A stretch of 64,000 nt of DNA from Vicinamibacterales bacterium (lineage in GTDB: Bacteria > Acidobacteriota > Vicinamibacteria > Vicinamibacterales > UBA2999). The position numbers and the translations under genes are program-made. Position 1 is the first letter of the stretch. Every line of letters begins with the position of its first letter. This document shows, in pieces, positions 46,623 through 55,947 of the stretch. Location: NCBI GenBank assembly GCA_035537775.1, contig DATLLQ010000230.1:1845-65844 (forward strand), read 5' to 3'. The notes below the pieces were generated by a model, which saw nothing but the letters and a program-made list of their open reading frames with translations, had not been told where the DNA came from and did not search any database.

Positions 46623-47431
46623 CAGAGCACGTCCGCGAACTCGTACTTCAGCCGGTTGAATGTCCAGTACCCGGCGATGAACACGGCGATCGAGGCGGCG
46701 CAGAACACCCCGAGCGTCGCCAGCGCCGGCGCCTGGTGCTCGAGCATGGCGCCTCGATACGCCTCGACGAGGTACGTCATCGGGTTGAGCTGATACAGCC
46801 AGTGCAGCCGCTCAGGGACAATCGCGAGCGGGTAGAAGATCGGCGTCGCGTACATCCAGACCATCATGCCGAACGGGACGAAATGACGCATATCCGGCAC
46901 GAAGACGGCAAGCGCCGCGAAAAACCAGGCGATGCCGGTCGTCAGCAGGATCTGTGGAAGGACGATGACCGCCAGGGTCAGGAACGGCCAGCCCGGACTG
47001 CGTCCATCGATGACGAGCGCGCCGAACAGGATGAGGAGACCCACCGACTCGATCGCCAGCGCGACCAGCACCTGGTGCAGCGGCAGAATCTCCGACGGAA
47101 AGCGGAGCCGCTTCACCAGCGGCGAGTGTTCGGATATTGACGTGGTCGCCCGGCCGATGCCGTCGGAAAACGCCAGCCACGGCACCATCCCGCAGAACAG
47201 ATAGAACGCAAAGTCAACGGTGCGCGTGCTGTCGCCGAAGCGCACGTTCATCACCGTGGAGAACACGAACGTGTAGATGACCAGGAGGGTCAACGGCCGA
47301 ATCAGCACCCAGCCGATCCCGGCCGCAGATGTTCCATAGCGCGTTCGAAGCTCGCGCTGAACGAACTGGCTGATTACGGTGCGCTGACGGACGAAGACCT
47401 GGAACGGGGTGACGAGCGCGTCGATCACCAT
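46622..47431 (-). CDS. wzm: ABC-2 type polysaccharide exporter permease (Wzm/TagG type)
   Basis: N-terminal QRELRTRYGTSAAGIGWVLIRPL motif and 6 TM helices. It overlaps wzt by 1 nt. Confidence 0.85.
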   Translation of the reverse strand: MVIDALVTPFQVFVRQRTVISQFVQRELRTRYGTSAAGIGWVLIRPLTLLVIYTFVFSTVMNVRFGDSTRTVDFAFYLFCGMVPWLAFSDGIGRATTSISEHSPLVKRLRFPSEILPLHQVLVALAIESVGLLILFGALVIDGRSPGWPFLTLAVIVLPQILLTTGIAWFFAALAVFVPDMRHFVPFGMMVWMYATPIFYPLAIVPERLHWLYQLNPMTYLVEAYRGAMLEHQAPALATLGVFCAASIAVFIAGYWTFNRLKYEFADVL

Positions 47432-47433
47432 TC

Positions 47434-48738
47434 GTGGATATGTGCACTATTCTACAGTCCGTGCAGTCGGACCTGGCCACGTTTGGCGGATGGTGTTTTC
47501 TCGCCGGCGTGTTCCTCATGGTCACCGGCGACGGCCTGACCAACTACAACGAACCGGATGTGGCGTCGGCGTGGCCCTGGATGTACCTCGTGCCGCTCGG
47601 CGTCTCATTCGTCCTCATGGCCGTGGCCGGCCGCATCGATCCGCGCCGCCCGTCGCGCGCAGCCGTCGTCTATGCTCCACTCGCCGCGCTCCTGGGTGCC
47701 TTCGCGTTGTCGGCGATCTTCTCGCAGGAGCGGGCGCTCAGCGGGCAGGCGTTCGCCGGCCTGATCGCCATCTCGGTGTTCTGGTGGTACGCGGGACAGG
47801 TGCTCGAGGATCGGCGCCTCGCCGAAGCCACGTGGATCATCGTCGCGCTCGGGGTGCTGGTGCTCGCGGTCCGCGTCATCGCGTGGCGGCTTGCGGAGGG
47901 CCTGGATCAGCCGGCGTTCCAGATCCGTTCAGTCGTCTGGCTCGGCAAGCTGCAGATCACCTGGGTCTTCAACCTGATTGCGCCCTTCCTCGTGGCGCGG
48001 TTCATCAGCGACCCACGGCGACCGTCAGCGATCTTCAACGGCATCACCTGGGCTGTGGTCGGCGCGGCCAATTACCTGCTCCTCGCGCGCATGGGGTTGC
48101 TCGTCTTCATTCTGACGACGCTGGCGGTCTGTTTCGCGAACGCCACCTACTGGCGGCGGTGGATCTGGCTGATGGGCGCCGCGCTCGCCGGCGGCGTGCT
48201 GTTGATCGCGAACAATCTGCGCGTCACCATCAACGTGGCATCGGGATTCTTCGATCGATCGCGGAACCCCGGCATCGACATGCGGCTGGGCGTCTGGGAA
48301 GAAGCCTGGCGGATGTTCCTGGAGCATCCGATCGCCGGAGTCGGCATCGGCGCGTTCGACGAGCTCGTGTATCGCATCCCCGACGCGGGCTCCAATCCCT
48401 TCTACCGCATGAACGGCTGGCACGCGCACAATGTGCCGCTGCATATCCTGGCCGAGGCAGGCGTGCTCGGTCTGACCGCATGGGTGTTCCTCTGGTTCGT
48501 CATCGTGCGGCAACTGGTGCGAGCACGGAAGAACGCGACGCGCGAGGAACGCCTCATCGGCAGCGCCACGCTGATCGCAGTGGCCGGGTTTCACGTCCTG
48601 TCGATGACAGAAGTGCTGATTGGCGCGCGCGTGCACGCAGGCCTGCAGATGAATCTGACCATTGCGCTCGTCGTCGTCGCCGGCCTGCGACTGTCGTTGC
48701 CGGCACGGGCCCCGGCTCGCGAGGTTGAGCCGTGCTGA
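47434..48738 (+). CDS. O-antigen ligase/polymerase-like membrane protein (Wzy_C type)
   Basis: More than 10 TM helices. Characteristic loop RLGVWEEAWRMFLEHPIAGVGIGAF...NGWHAHNVPLHILAEAGVLGL. The start is uncertain: 47434 abuts the divergent wzm start, and an internal ATG lies at 47518. Confidence 0.68.
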   Translation: MDMCTILQSVQSDLATFGGWCFLAGVFLMVTGDGLTNYNEPDVASAWPWMYLVPLGVSFVLMAVAGRIDPRRPSRAAVVYAPLAALLGAFALSAIFSQERALSGQAFAGLIAISVFWWYAGQVLEDRRLAEATWIIVALGVLVLAVRVIAWRLAEGLDQPAFQIRSVVWLGKLQITWVFNLIAPFLVARFISDPRRPSAIFNGITWAVVGAANYLLLARMGLLVFILTTLAVCFANATYWRRWIWLMGAALAGGVLLIANNLRVTINVASGFFDRSRNPGIDMRLGVWEEAWRMFLEHPIAGVGIGAFDELVYRIPDAGSNPFYRMNGWHAHNVPLHILAEAGVLGLTAWVFLWFVIVRQLVRARKNATREERLIGSATLIAVAGFHVLSMTEVLIGARVHAGLQMNLTIALVVVAGLRLSLPARAPAREVEPC

Positions 48739-49604
48739 GACGCATTCCCCCTCGCACTCGCCGGATCATCGGCGTGGTTTTGGCCGGCATCATGTTTCTG
48801 GTCCTGGTAGGCGTCACCTACCAGGGAGTCGCCACCTCGCTCGAGCGGCGCGACTTCACGCGCCCGGGCGGACTCGGCGACGTCGGCGGACTCCAACTCC
48901 ACATCTACTGCACCGGAAGCGGCGCTCCGACGGTCGTCCTCGATGCGGCCGCGGGCAGCCTGTCGGCGGCCTGGGGTCCGGTCCAGGCCCAGGTCTCGCG
49001 GACGACTCGTGTGTGCAGCTACGACCGGGCGGGCCTGGGATGGAGCGAATCGCGAGACAGTGGCTACGACCCCGCGCGGGTCCCGGACGACTTGCGGGCA
49101 CTCCTCAAAGAGGCTCGAGAACCGGGACCTTTCGTGCTGGTCGGCCACGAGCTCGGTGCGGCGTTTGCTCGCCTCTTTGCCGAGCGGTACCCGGGAGACA
49201 CGGCCGCGCTCGTCCTCATCGATGATCCGACAGCTGGCTCGCAGCCGGCCGAGGGACGGACGATGCTCACGGCGTGGCCGTGGCTGGCGCGGGTGGGGGT
49301 ACTTCGGCTGAGCGGCTACCTGTCGCGGCGCGCCGACGGACTACCGGGCAGGGCCGGCGGAGCGATGAAGGTCTTCCTGAATCGACCCGATCACCTGACG
49401 AACGCTGCGATGGAAATTGCGCGCATGGACGAGGTGCGGACCGCCGCCACAGCCTCCACGCTCGATCCGGCGATTGGAGTCGTCTCTCTCGCGACAGCGT
49501 CGGACGGTCCCCCGAAAATGATCGTGACCGAGGAGGACCGACGGCGAATCACTGACACGATTACGACGATGGTGACTAGATTGCGAGAGGTCCCCACTGA
49601 CTGA
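48732..49604 (+). CDS. Membrane-anchored alpha/beta-hydrolase-fold protein with an atypical nucleophile elbow
   Basis: N-terminal TM IIGVVLAGIMFLVLVGV. Fold blocks PTVVLDAAAGS and FVLVGHELGAAFARLFAERYP...LVLID. GHELG replaces the usual GHSxG. Confidence 0.6.
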   Translation: MLRRIPPRTRRIIGVVLAGIMFLVLVGVTYQGVATSLERRDFTRPGGLGDVGGLQLHIYCTGSGAPTVVLDAAAGSLSAAWGPVQAQVSRTTRVCSYDRAGLGWSESRDSGYDPARVPDDLRALLKEAREPGPFVLVGHELGAAFARLFAERYPGDTAALVLIDDPTAGSQPAEGRTMLTAWPWLARVGVLRLSGYLSRRADGLPGRAGGAMKVFLNRPDHLTNAAMEIARMDEVRTAATASTLDPAIGVVSLATASDGPPKMIVTEEDRRRITDTITTMVTRLREVPTD

Positions 49605-49613
49605 GTCCGGACG

Positions 49614-51041
49614 TCACTTGACGTTCGAGTACAGGCCTGCGCCACGGATGATCGCCAACTCGCGCCGGGCCTGCTCCAGGTCGCTGAGGATCACAGTCGT
49701 CATTCCCGGATCGGTGTAGCCAGCCTCGAATCGCGCGATCGTCGCACGCATGCGGCTGGTGATCGTGACGGCGGCCTGGCCCGCACCCACCTGCTGCACC
49801 AGCAACAGACCGGCCGCGGTTGCCATCGCCGCCGCCACAGCCGGCCACCGCGCACGGTCGTTCCAGAGCCGATACAGCACAGGCGACGCGATGAACAGCA
49901 GGCCGACGTGGAGTGGCGTGAGCAGCACCGAGTAACGGACGGGAACGAGCACCGTCTCGCTTGGCGACACGCCTGGCCTTCCGATGGCCGCCAGGACTGC
50001 CGTACCCAGCGAGAACATGATCAGCGCTACTGAAACGATCTCGAACCGCCCAGCGGATCGGCCGAGGAGACCTCGCCGAATCACGGCCCACACGCCTGCC
50101 AGGAGCAGGATCACACCCACGATACGGCCCGGAATCGCCAACGCCGCAGCGCGCGTCCAGGGAAGACCGAGATAGGTGATCAGATAGTCGACGCGGCTGG
50201 CCAGGCTCGGCGGGTCGGACCCGGCTGCACCAGTTCCAGGCGCAATCGACTGCCCTGCAAGATAGCTGGCGACAAACGCGGTCCCGAACAGCGCGACCGC
50301 GGCTATCCACCAGCGTCCGGCTCGGACGCGCCAGGCCATCCACAGCAGGATCGGAAGGGTCACCAGTCCAACTGCGTTGCCGAGAGGCGCCGCCACCGCA
50401 GCTGCCAGCGCAGCACCGCGGCGCCAGTGTGTGGCGTGCCGGTCCGTTCCGTCCGGTTCACCACCTCCAGCGAACAAGACGATCGCCAGAACGGAGAACG
50501 TGAGTGCCTGCGGGTAGGCGCACTCGATCGGAATCGCGCAGTCCACAGCTGCCACGCTCGTGAGCACGAGCATGAGCACGATGCATCCGAGCGCCGAACC
50601 AAACTGGCCAGGCACACCGCTCCGGCACTCGCGCCAGAGCAGCCACGCCGCGGTCAGCTGGAACGCCGTCGTAGAGACGATGAATGGATATGCCGCACCG
50701 GAGAACCCTTCGACGTCGATCGCCGCCAGCAGACGGCTCCAGATCGGCCGGTGCCCGCCGTGCGCTTCCCACAGGTACATCCACAGTCCACCATCCTCGC
50801 GGTACTGCAGGTAGTGCAGCACGTACGAGTACATGTCCCAGAACGGCTGTCGAATGATGGTGGCTTTCAGGTACCAGAGAAACAGGCCCAGTTGAATCGC
50901 GGTGAGCACGCCCAGCCACGCGATGAAACGATCGCGTCGGCGATGGTCGGTCGCGACGTCCTCGCGGGGTGCAGCGGTGGCGGCCGACACGGGGCTCGAT
51001 TGTACGCCGCGGGTCGGCGGTGGAATGGACGGATGTATCAT
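49614..51041 (-). CDS. Large polytopic membrane protein in the polysaccharide cluster, unknown function
   Basis: About 12 hydrophobic helices. No family I can name. The start is uncertain: the ATG at 51041 overlaps the divergent GT2 gene, and GTG 50957 is an alternative. Confidence 0.6.
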   Translation of the reverse strand: MIHPSIPPPTRGVQSSPVSAATAAPREDVATDHRRRDRFIAWLGVLTAIQLGLFLWYLKATIIRQPFWDMYSYVLHYLQYREDGGLWMYLWEAHGGHRPIWSRLLAAIDVEGFSGAAYPFIVSTTAFQLTAAWLLWRECRSGVPGQFGSALGCIVLMLVLTSVAAVDCAIPIECAYPQALTFSVLAIVLFAGGGEPDGTDRHATHWRRGAALAAAVAAPLGNAVGLVTLPILLWMAWRVRAGRWWIAAVALFGTAFVASYLAGQSIAPGTGAAGSDPPSLASRVDYLITYLGLPWTRAAALAIPGRIVGVILLLAGVWAVIRRGLLGRSAGRFEIVSVALIMFSLGTAVLAAIGRPGVSPSETVLVPVRYSVLLTPLHVGLLFIASPVLYRLWNDRARWPAVAAAMATAAGLLLVQQVGAGQAAVTITSRMRATIARFEAGYTDPGMTTVILSDLEQARRELAIIRGAGLYSNVK

Positions 51042-51771
51042 CTCCTTCCCTGTCGTGAACGAGAGCGTCTCGGTCTGTTTTCCCGCTCACAACGAAGAAA
51101 AGACAGTCAGGTCCATTCTCGAAGAGGCGCACCGCCTCCTGTCCTCATCTGGTCTGGATTACGAGATCCTCGTGTGCGACGACGGATCGACAGACAGCAC
51201 CGGCGCGATCATCGACGACGTGCGACAGTCGTGTCCGGAGATGCGTATCCTCCGTCACCGGCAGAAGCAGGGCATCTTCATCACGTTCGAAGAACTGTAT
51301 GCAGCCGCCAGCAAGGAATGGGTATTCCTGAACTCCACCGACGGCCAGTGGAATACCAGCGTGCTGTTCGATCTGCTGCGCCTGACGCCAACGGCGGACA
51401 TCATCATCGCCAGCCGCCGTGGCAAACACTACGGCGGGCTTCGACGAGTAATCTCGAAGGCGTTCAACGCCGTGCCGGCGATCCTGTTCGGAGTGAAAAC
51501 GCACGACGCTGGAGCGGTCAAGCTGGTTCGCCGCGAGATCATCTCCAGGTACCGGCTGGTGTCCCGCTCGCCGTTTTCTGAGGCCGAACGCATCATCAGG
51601 GCAACTCGAGACGGATACCGCGTGCGTATCCATCCCGTCGAGACGTCGCCGCGCGTCAGCGGCCGATCGCAGGGGGGAAACTGGCGGCTCGTCCTCGCAG
51701 CGCTCGTCGACGTCGCGCGCCTCTGGAGCGCTCTCCGTCGCGAACCGGTGTCTCCTCGTCGCGTGGAGTGA
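51025..51771 (+). CDS. Family-2 glycosyltransferase (polyprenol-phosphate sugar transferase-like)
   Basis: VSVCFPAHNEEKTVRSILEE...YEILVCDDGSTDSTG...ASRRG. The start is ATG 51025 or GTG 51055; the listed start at 50902 overlaps the divergent gene. Confidence 0.8.
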   Translation: MDGCIISFPVVNESVSVCFPAHNEEKTVRSILEEAHRLLSSSGLDYEILVCDDGSTDSTGAIIDDVRQSCPEMRILRHRQKQGIFITFEELYAAASKEWVFLNSTDGQWNTSVLFDLLRLTPTADIIIASRRGKHYGGLRRVISKAFNAVPAILFGVKTHDAGAVKLVRREIISRYRLVSRSPFSEAERIIRATRDGYRVRIHPVETSPRVSGRSQGGNWRLVLAALVDVARLWSALRREPVSPRRVE

Positions 51772-51787
51772 CAATCAGCGCGTTATC

Positions 51788-53185
51788 ATGCGGAGGATGC
51801 GTGTCCTCCTCAAGTTCCTCTTCTATCTCATCCTTCTCGCCCTCGTAGTCGCCGGCGGCGCGTGGGTCTGGGCCGGACGGATGGCCGGACCAGTGATCGA
51901 GGTTCGACAGCCAGGCGGCGGCTTTATCGGGCAGGCCAGCACGCTGGAAATGGCCGTGCGGGCCCCGAACGCCTCCGCCACCACGGTCAACGTCGTACTC
52001 GAGCAGGGCGGCAAGTCCTATCCGGTGTTTGCCAATGAACCGGCCAAACCGCCGGCAGACGGCGCCAAGAGCGAGGCCGCGGACCGGTTGCTCGTCATGC
52101 GACCCATAGGCAAGAAAGCGATCCCCGAGCTCAAGTCCGGGCCCGCGCGCCTCGTCATCCGGGCAGCCCGTCCCGTGATGTACGGGATTCGCAACGTAGA
52201 AACGAACCTCACCAAGGACCTTCAGGTGCGGCTCGAACCGCCGCGCGTGACGGTTCTGTCGACATTTCATTTCGTCAACCTCGGCGGCAGCGAGTTCGCG
52301 ATCTTTCGCGTGACGCCGGACGACGTGCAGTCGGGTGTGCGGGTCGGGGACAGGGAATATCCGTCATACCCGGCGTCCGGCGCCGGAATCACCACCGATC
52401 CGGCACTGCGCGTGGCGTTCTTTGCGCTGCTCTACGATCAGCCGACGAGCACCCGCATCGACGTTTTCGCACGTGACGCTGCGGGGAACCAGGTCGTCGT
52501 TCCGCTCGATTACAAAGTGTTCCCGAAGGCCTACAAGAAGAGCCGTATCGAGGTTGACGATCGGTTTCTGGGCCGGGTCGTTCCCGCGATTGCCTCGACG
52601 TCGGCGGACGAGCAGATCCCGACGGACGACCTGCTGGCCGGCTTTCTGAAGATCAATGACGACCTGCGCCGGAAAAACAACCAGTACATTCGTGACCTCG
52701 CGAAAAAGACGTCGCCCGAACTGTTGTTCATGGACGCCTTCCAGCAGCTCGGCAACTCAGCCGTTCAGGCGCAGTTCGCCGACGCCAGGACCTACGTTTA
52801 CAAGGGGAAAGAGATCGATCAGCAGGTCCACCTCGGCTTCGACCTCGCCACGACGGCTAATGCGCCGATCTCAGCCTCACAACGAGGCGTCGTTGTCCAC
52901 GCCGACGACCTGGGAATCTACGGAAACTGCGTCGTCATCGACCATGGCATGGGGATCCAGTCGCTCTACGGACACTTGTCGTCGATCGGCGTAAAGGTCG
53001 GGGATAAAGTGGAAAAAGGCCAGGAGATCGGCCGCAGCGGGCAAACCGGCCTCGCCGGCGGCGACCACCTCCACTTCACCACGCTCGTCGGCGGCGAGCA
53101 GGTAACGCCCGTGGACTGGTGGAGCGTGCAGTGGTTGCAGGACCGTGTGCTCCGCAAGATTGCCGCGGCACGCGGCACCCCCTAG
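51788..53185 (+). CDS. M23 family metallopeptidase with an N-terminal TM anchor
   Basis: HLGFDLA...GNCVVIDHGMGIQSLYGHLS...GQTGLAGGDHLHF, which are the HxxxD and HxH motifs of M23. Confidence 0.85.
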   Translation: MRRMRVLLKFLFYLILLALVVAGGAWVWAGRMAGPVIEVRQPGGGFIGQASTLEMAVRAPNASATTVNVVLEQGGKSYPVFANEPAKPPADGAKSEAADRLLVMRPIGKKAIPELKSGPARLVIRAARPVMYGIRNVETNLTKDLQVRLEPPRVTVLSTFHFVNLGGSEFAIFRVTPDDVQSGVRVGDREYPSYPASGAGITTDPALRVAFFALLYDQPTSTRIDVFARDAAGNQVVVPLDYKVFPKAYKKSRIEVDDRFLGRVVPAIASTSADEQIPTDDLLAGFLKINDDLRRKNNQYIRDLAKKTSPELLFMDAFQQLGNSAVQAQFADARTYVYKGKEIDQQVHLGFDLATTANAPISASQRGVVVHADDLGIYGNCVVIDHGMGIQSLYGHLSSIGVKVGDKVEKGQEIGRSGQTGLAGGDHLHFTTLVGGEQVTPVDWWSVQWLQDRVLRKIAAARGTP

Positions 53186-53233
53186 GCGGCGGCCGTTCTC
53201 AAGGGATAATTAAGGGTTCGGAGACGACAACGC

Positions 53234-53995
53234 ATGCGTTCCACCCTTCGTCGTGTCATCAGCGGTTGTGCAATCGGCCTTGTCCTCACCTTTGCGGCGT
53301 GCAGCAAGAGCGAGGAGGCTCCGCCTCCGCCCGCGGCGGTTACCAACCCGGTTGATCCGGCCACGGCAGGGACCATTACCGGCGTCGTCAGGTTCGAAGG
53401 GCAGGCGCCGCCAGCCGAGCGGATCACGATGGACTCGGATCCGTACTGCACGAAGCAGCCGCCCAACTCCATCGAAACAGTGATCACCGGCGAAGGCTCC
53501 GGCCTGCAGAACGTCTTCGTCTACGTAAAGGATGGCCTCGGGAACCTTGTGTTCCCTGTGCCGTCAACCGCTGTCGTGCTCGACCAGAAAGGGTGCCGCT
53601 ATGTGCCGCACGTGCTCGGCATCCAGGTCGGGCAGCCGCTGGAGATCCTGAGCAGCGACAACACGCTCCACAACGTGCACGCGATGCCGGAGCAGAACCG
53701 CGAGTTCAACAAGGCCCATCAGCTGGCCGGGATCAAGCACACGCACACGTTCACGACGAAGGAGGTCATGGTCCCCTTCAAGTGTGACGTGCACAAGTGG
53801 ATGACCGCGTACGTCGGCGTCGTCGATCATCCGTTCTTTGCGGTCACGCCCGGCAACGGCCGCTTTGAGCTGAAGGGCCTGCCGCCGGGGACCTACACCA
53901 TTGAGGCCTGGCACGAGAAGCTGGGCACGCAGACGCAGATGGTGACGCTCGCCGAGAAACAGACAAGCGACATTTCATTCACGTTCAAGATTTGA
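53234..53995 (+). CDS. Cupredoxin-like lipoprotein flanked by carboxypeptidase-regulatory-like segments
   Basis: Lipobox LTFAAC. Candidate type-1 Cu ligands LHNVH ... CDVHKWM, with the C-x2-H-x2-M spacing of amicyanin. TITGVVRFEG and GLPPGTYTIEAWHEKLG blocks. Confidence 0.65.
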   Translation: MRSTLRRVISGCAIGLVLTFAACSKSEEAPPPPAAVTNPVDPATAGTITGVVRFEGQAPPAERITMDSDPYCTKQPPNSIETVITGEGSGLQNVFVYVKDGLGNLVFPVPSTAVVLDQKGCRYVPHVLGIQVGQPLEILSSDNTLHNVHAMPEQNREFNKAHQLAGIKHTHTFTTKEVMVPFKCDVHKWMTAYVGVVDHPFFAVTPGNGRFELKGLPPGTYTIEAWHEKLGTQTQMVTLAEKQTSDISFTFKI

Positions 53996-54002
53996 AGGGC
54001 TA

Positions 54003-55001
54003 GTGGCACTCCGTTTTTATACGAAGCTCGTCGCGCTCTCGACCGCGGTACTCATCTTCGCGGGCGGGCTGGTCACGAGCACCGGCTCGGGGCTCTCGGT
54101 CCCGGACTGGCCGAATACCTACGGCTGGAACATGTTCCTGTTCCCGCTCGACAAGATGGTGGGCGGGATCCGCTATGAACACTCGCACCGTCTCATCGCA
54201 AGCACGGTCGGGTTTCTGATCCTCGTCCTGGCGGCCTGGCTCTGGCGGGCCGAGCCGCGCCTGTGGGTGCGCCGTCTTGGCTACATAGCGCTGGCGGCGG
54301 TCATCACGCAGGGGATCCTCGGCGGCATCACGGTCCTCTGGTATCTGCCGGACCCGATCTCGATCGCTCACGCGAGCCTGGCGCAGATCGTCTTCTGCCT
54401 GACCGTCGCGATCGCACTCTTCGCGTCGCGCGGATGGACGGATGTGCGCCCGTCAACGGATGACCGGCTGCTCCAGAAACTCGCGGTCGGCACAACCGCC
54501 TGGATTTATATCCAGATCCTGATTGGCGCGACGATGAGGCATACGGATGCCGGGCTGGCGATTCCGGACTTCCCTCTCGCGTTCGGTCAGCTGATTCCGC
54601 CGCACTGGGATCCAAAGATCGCGATTCACTTCGCGCACCGTGTCGGCGCTCTGGTGGCCAGCGCGCTGATTCTGGCTGCCGGCGGGCACGTCTTCTACCA
54701 TCACCGGCATCAGGGAGAGCTGGTGCGGCCGGCAATCCTGCTCCTGGTGCTTCTCACCGTTCAGATCACGCTTGGCGCGTTCACGGTGCTGACAGGCAAG
54801 CACTACATCATCAACTCACTGCATGTGGTGACCGGGGCGAGCGTGCTCGCCACCTCGCTCGTGCTCACGTTGCGAGCGCATCACTCGCGGCTGGCACAGG
54901 CCGTCGTCGGGCGGGTCCCGCCGGAGTCGAGCTACATGGAAGGCGGGCCTGCCAGGCGGATGCCTCGTGAGCACGGCGTCATCGAAGGTGGACGCGCATG
55001 A
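54003..55001 (+). CDS. ctaA: Haem A synthase (COX15/CtaA)
   Basis: GGLVTSTGSGLSVPDWPNTYG, conserved His-containing helices (YEHSHR, HFAHR) and about 8 TM helices. GTG start. Confidence 0.85.
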   Translation: MALRFYTKLVALSTAVLIFAGGLVTSTGSGLSVPDWPNTYGWNMFLFPLDKMVGGIRYEHSHRLIASTVGFLILVLAAWLWRAEPRLWVRRLGYIALAAVITQGILGGITVLWYLPDPISIAHASLAQIVFCLTVAIALFASRGWTDVRPSTDDRLLQKLAVGTTAWIYIQILIGATMRHTDAGLAIPDFPLAFGQLIPPHWDPKIAIHFAHRVGALVASALILAAGGHVFYHHRHQGELVRPAILLLVLLTVQITLGAFTVLTGKHYIINSLHVVTGASVLATSLVLTLRAHHSRLAQAVVGRVPPESSYMEGGPARRMPREHGVIEGGRA

Positions 55002-55936
55002 AGCTGGGCGTCCGCGCGGCAGGCATCCAGGCCCCCACGGCTGCTGGCGTCAGCGGGACCGTCTCCACCGCCGCGCAGCACCGGTTCGTCGACTTCGTCT
55101 CGCTGACGAAGCCGCGCCTCAACCTGCTCGTCCTGATCACGACGCTCGCCGGCCTCTATCTCGCGGCTCCAGAAGGAGTCGAGACGGCGCTCCTTGCGAA
55201 CACGTTGCTTGGTACTGCTCTCGTCGCGGGTGGCGCGGCGGCACTCAATCAGGTGTGGGAGCGCCGCACGGACGCGTTGATGCGACGCACGAGCACGCGG
55301 CCGATTCCCAGTGGCCGGCTGAAAGCGTCCGAGGGCGCGTGGTTCGGCCTGCTGCTGTCAGCCTCCGGTCTCGCACAGCTTGCGCTTGCTGTGAACACCA
55401 CGACAGCCGTGGTTGCGGGCGCGACGCTCGTCAGCTACGTGCTGGTGTATACGCCGCTGAAGCCGCGGACATCGCTCGCCACGCTGGTCGGCGCCGTTCC
55501 GGGAGCGCTGCCGCCAGTCATCGGCTGGAGCGCGGCGACAGGTGTCATCTCGCTTCCCGCACTGGTCCTCTTCGGGATCGTGTTCTTCTGGCAGATGCCG
55601 CACTTCCTGGCGATCGCGTGGTTGTTCAGGAACGACTACGCGCACGCCGGCATTCCGCTGCTGCCCGTGGTCGAGCCGGACGGACGCCGAACAGGCCTGC
55701 AGGCGCTCATCTACGCAGCGGCGCTCTGGCCCGTCAGCCTTCTCCCGGCGGTGATCGGCCTTGCCGGCATCCCGTACATGATCGTGGCCACCGCGCTGGG
55801 AGTGCTGTTCGTGTGGCTGGCACTGCGCTTCGCGCGCGAGCGCTCGAATCCGAACGCCCGAACGCTGTTCCTGTTTTCGATTACGTATCTGCCCATCCTG
55901 CTCGGCGCGCTGGTCGCTGACCGCCTCTGGCTCTGA
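54998..55936 (+). CDS. ctaB: Protohaem IX farnesyltransferase (haem O synthase)
   Basis: UbiA-type motifs LTKPRLNLLVL, NQVWERRTDALMRRTSTRPIPSG and FFWQMPHFLAIAW. It overlaps ctaA by 4 nt. Confidence 0.9.
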   Translation: MKLGVRAAGIQAPTAAGVSGTVSTAAQHRFVDFVSLTKPRLNLLVLITTLAGLYLAAPEGVETALLANTLLGTALVAGGAAALNQVWERRTDALMRRTSTRPIPSGRLKASEGAWFGLLLSASGLAQLALAVNTTTAVVAGATLVSYVLVYTPLKPRTSLATLVGAVPGALPPVIGWSAATGVISLPALVLFGIVFFWQMPHFLAIAWLFRNDYAHAGIPLLPVVEPDGRRTGLQALIYAAALWPVSLLPAVIGLAGIPYMIVATALGVLFVWLALRFARERSNPNARTLFLFSITYLPILLGALVADRLWL

Positions 55937-55947
55937 GGCAGGCAGCC

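Noticed and set aside
47409-48728. 439-aa alternative frame across the O-antigen-ligase-like gene
   Set aside because: It is Arg/Pro/Gly-rich with no TM helices. The 47434 frame gives a coherent polytopic membrane protein with a Wzy_C-like loop.
50427-51581. 384-aa plus-strand ORF spanning the 12-TM gene start and the GT2 gene
   Set aside because: It is out of frame with the GT2 motifs and antisense to the membrane gene. Its composition is Arg-rich.
54967-55920. 317-aa alternative frame across ctaB
   Set aside because: The ctaB frame contains the UbiA-family motifs. The alternative is Arg/Ala/Gly-rich noise.
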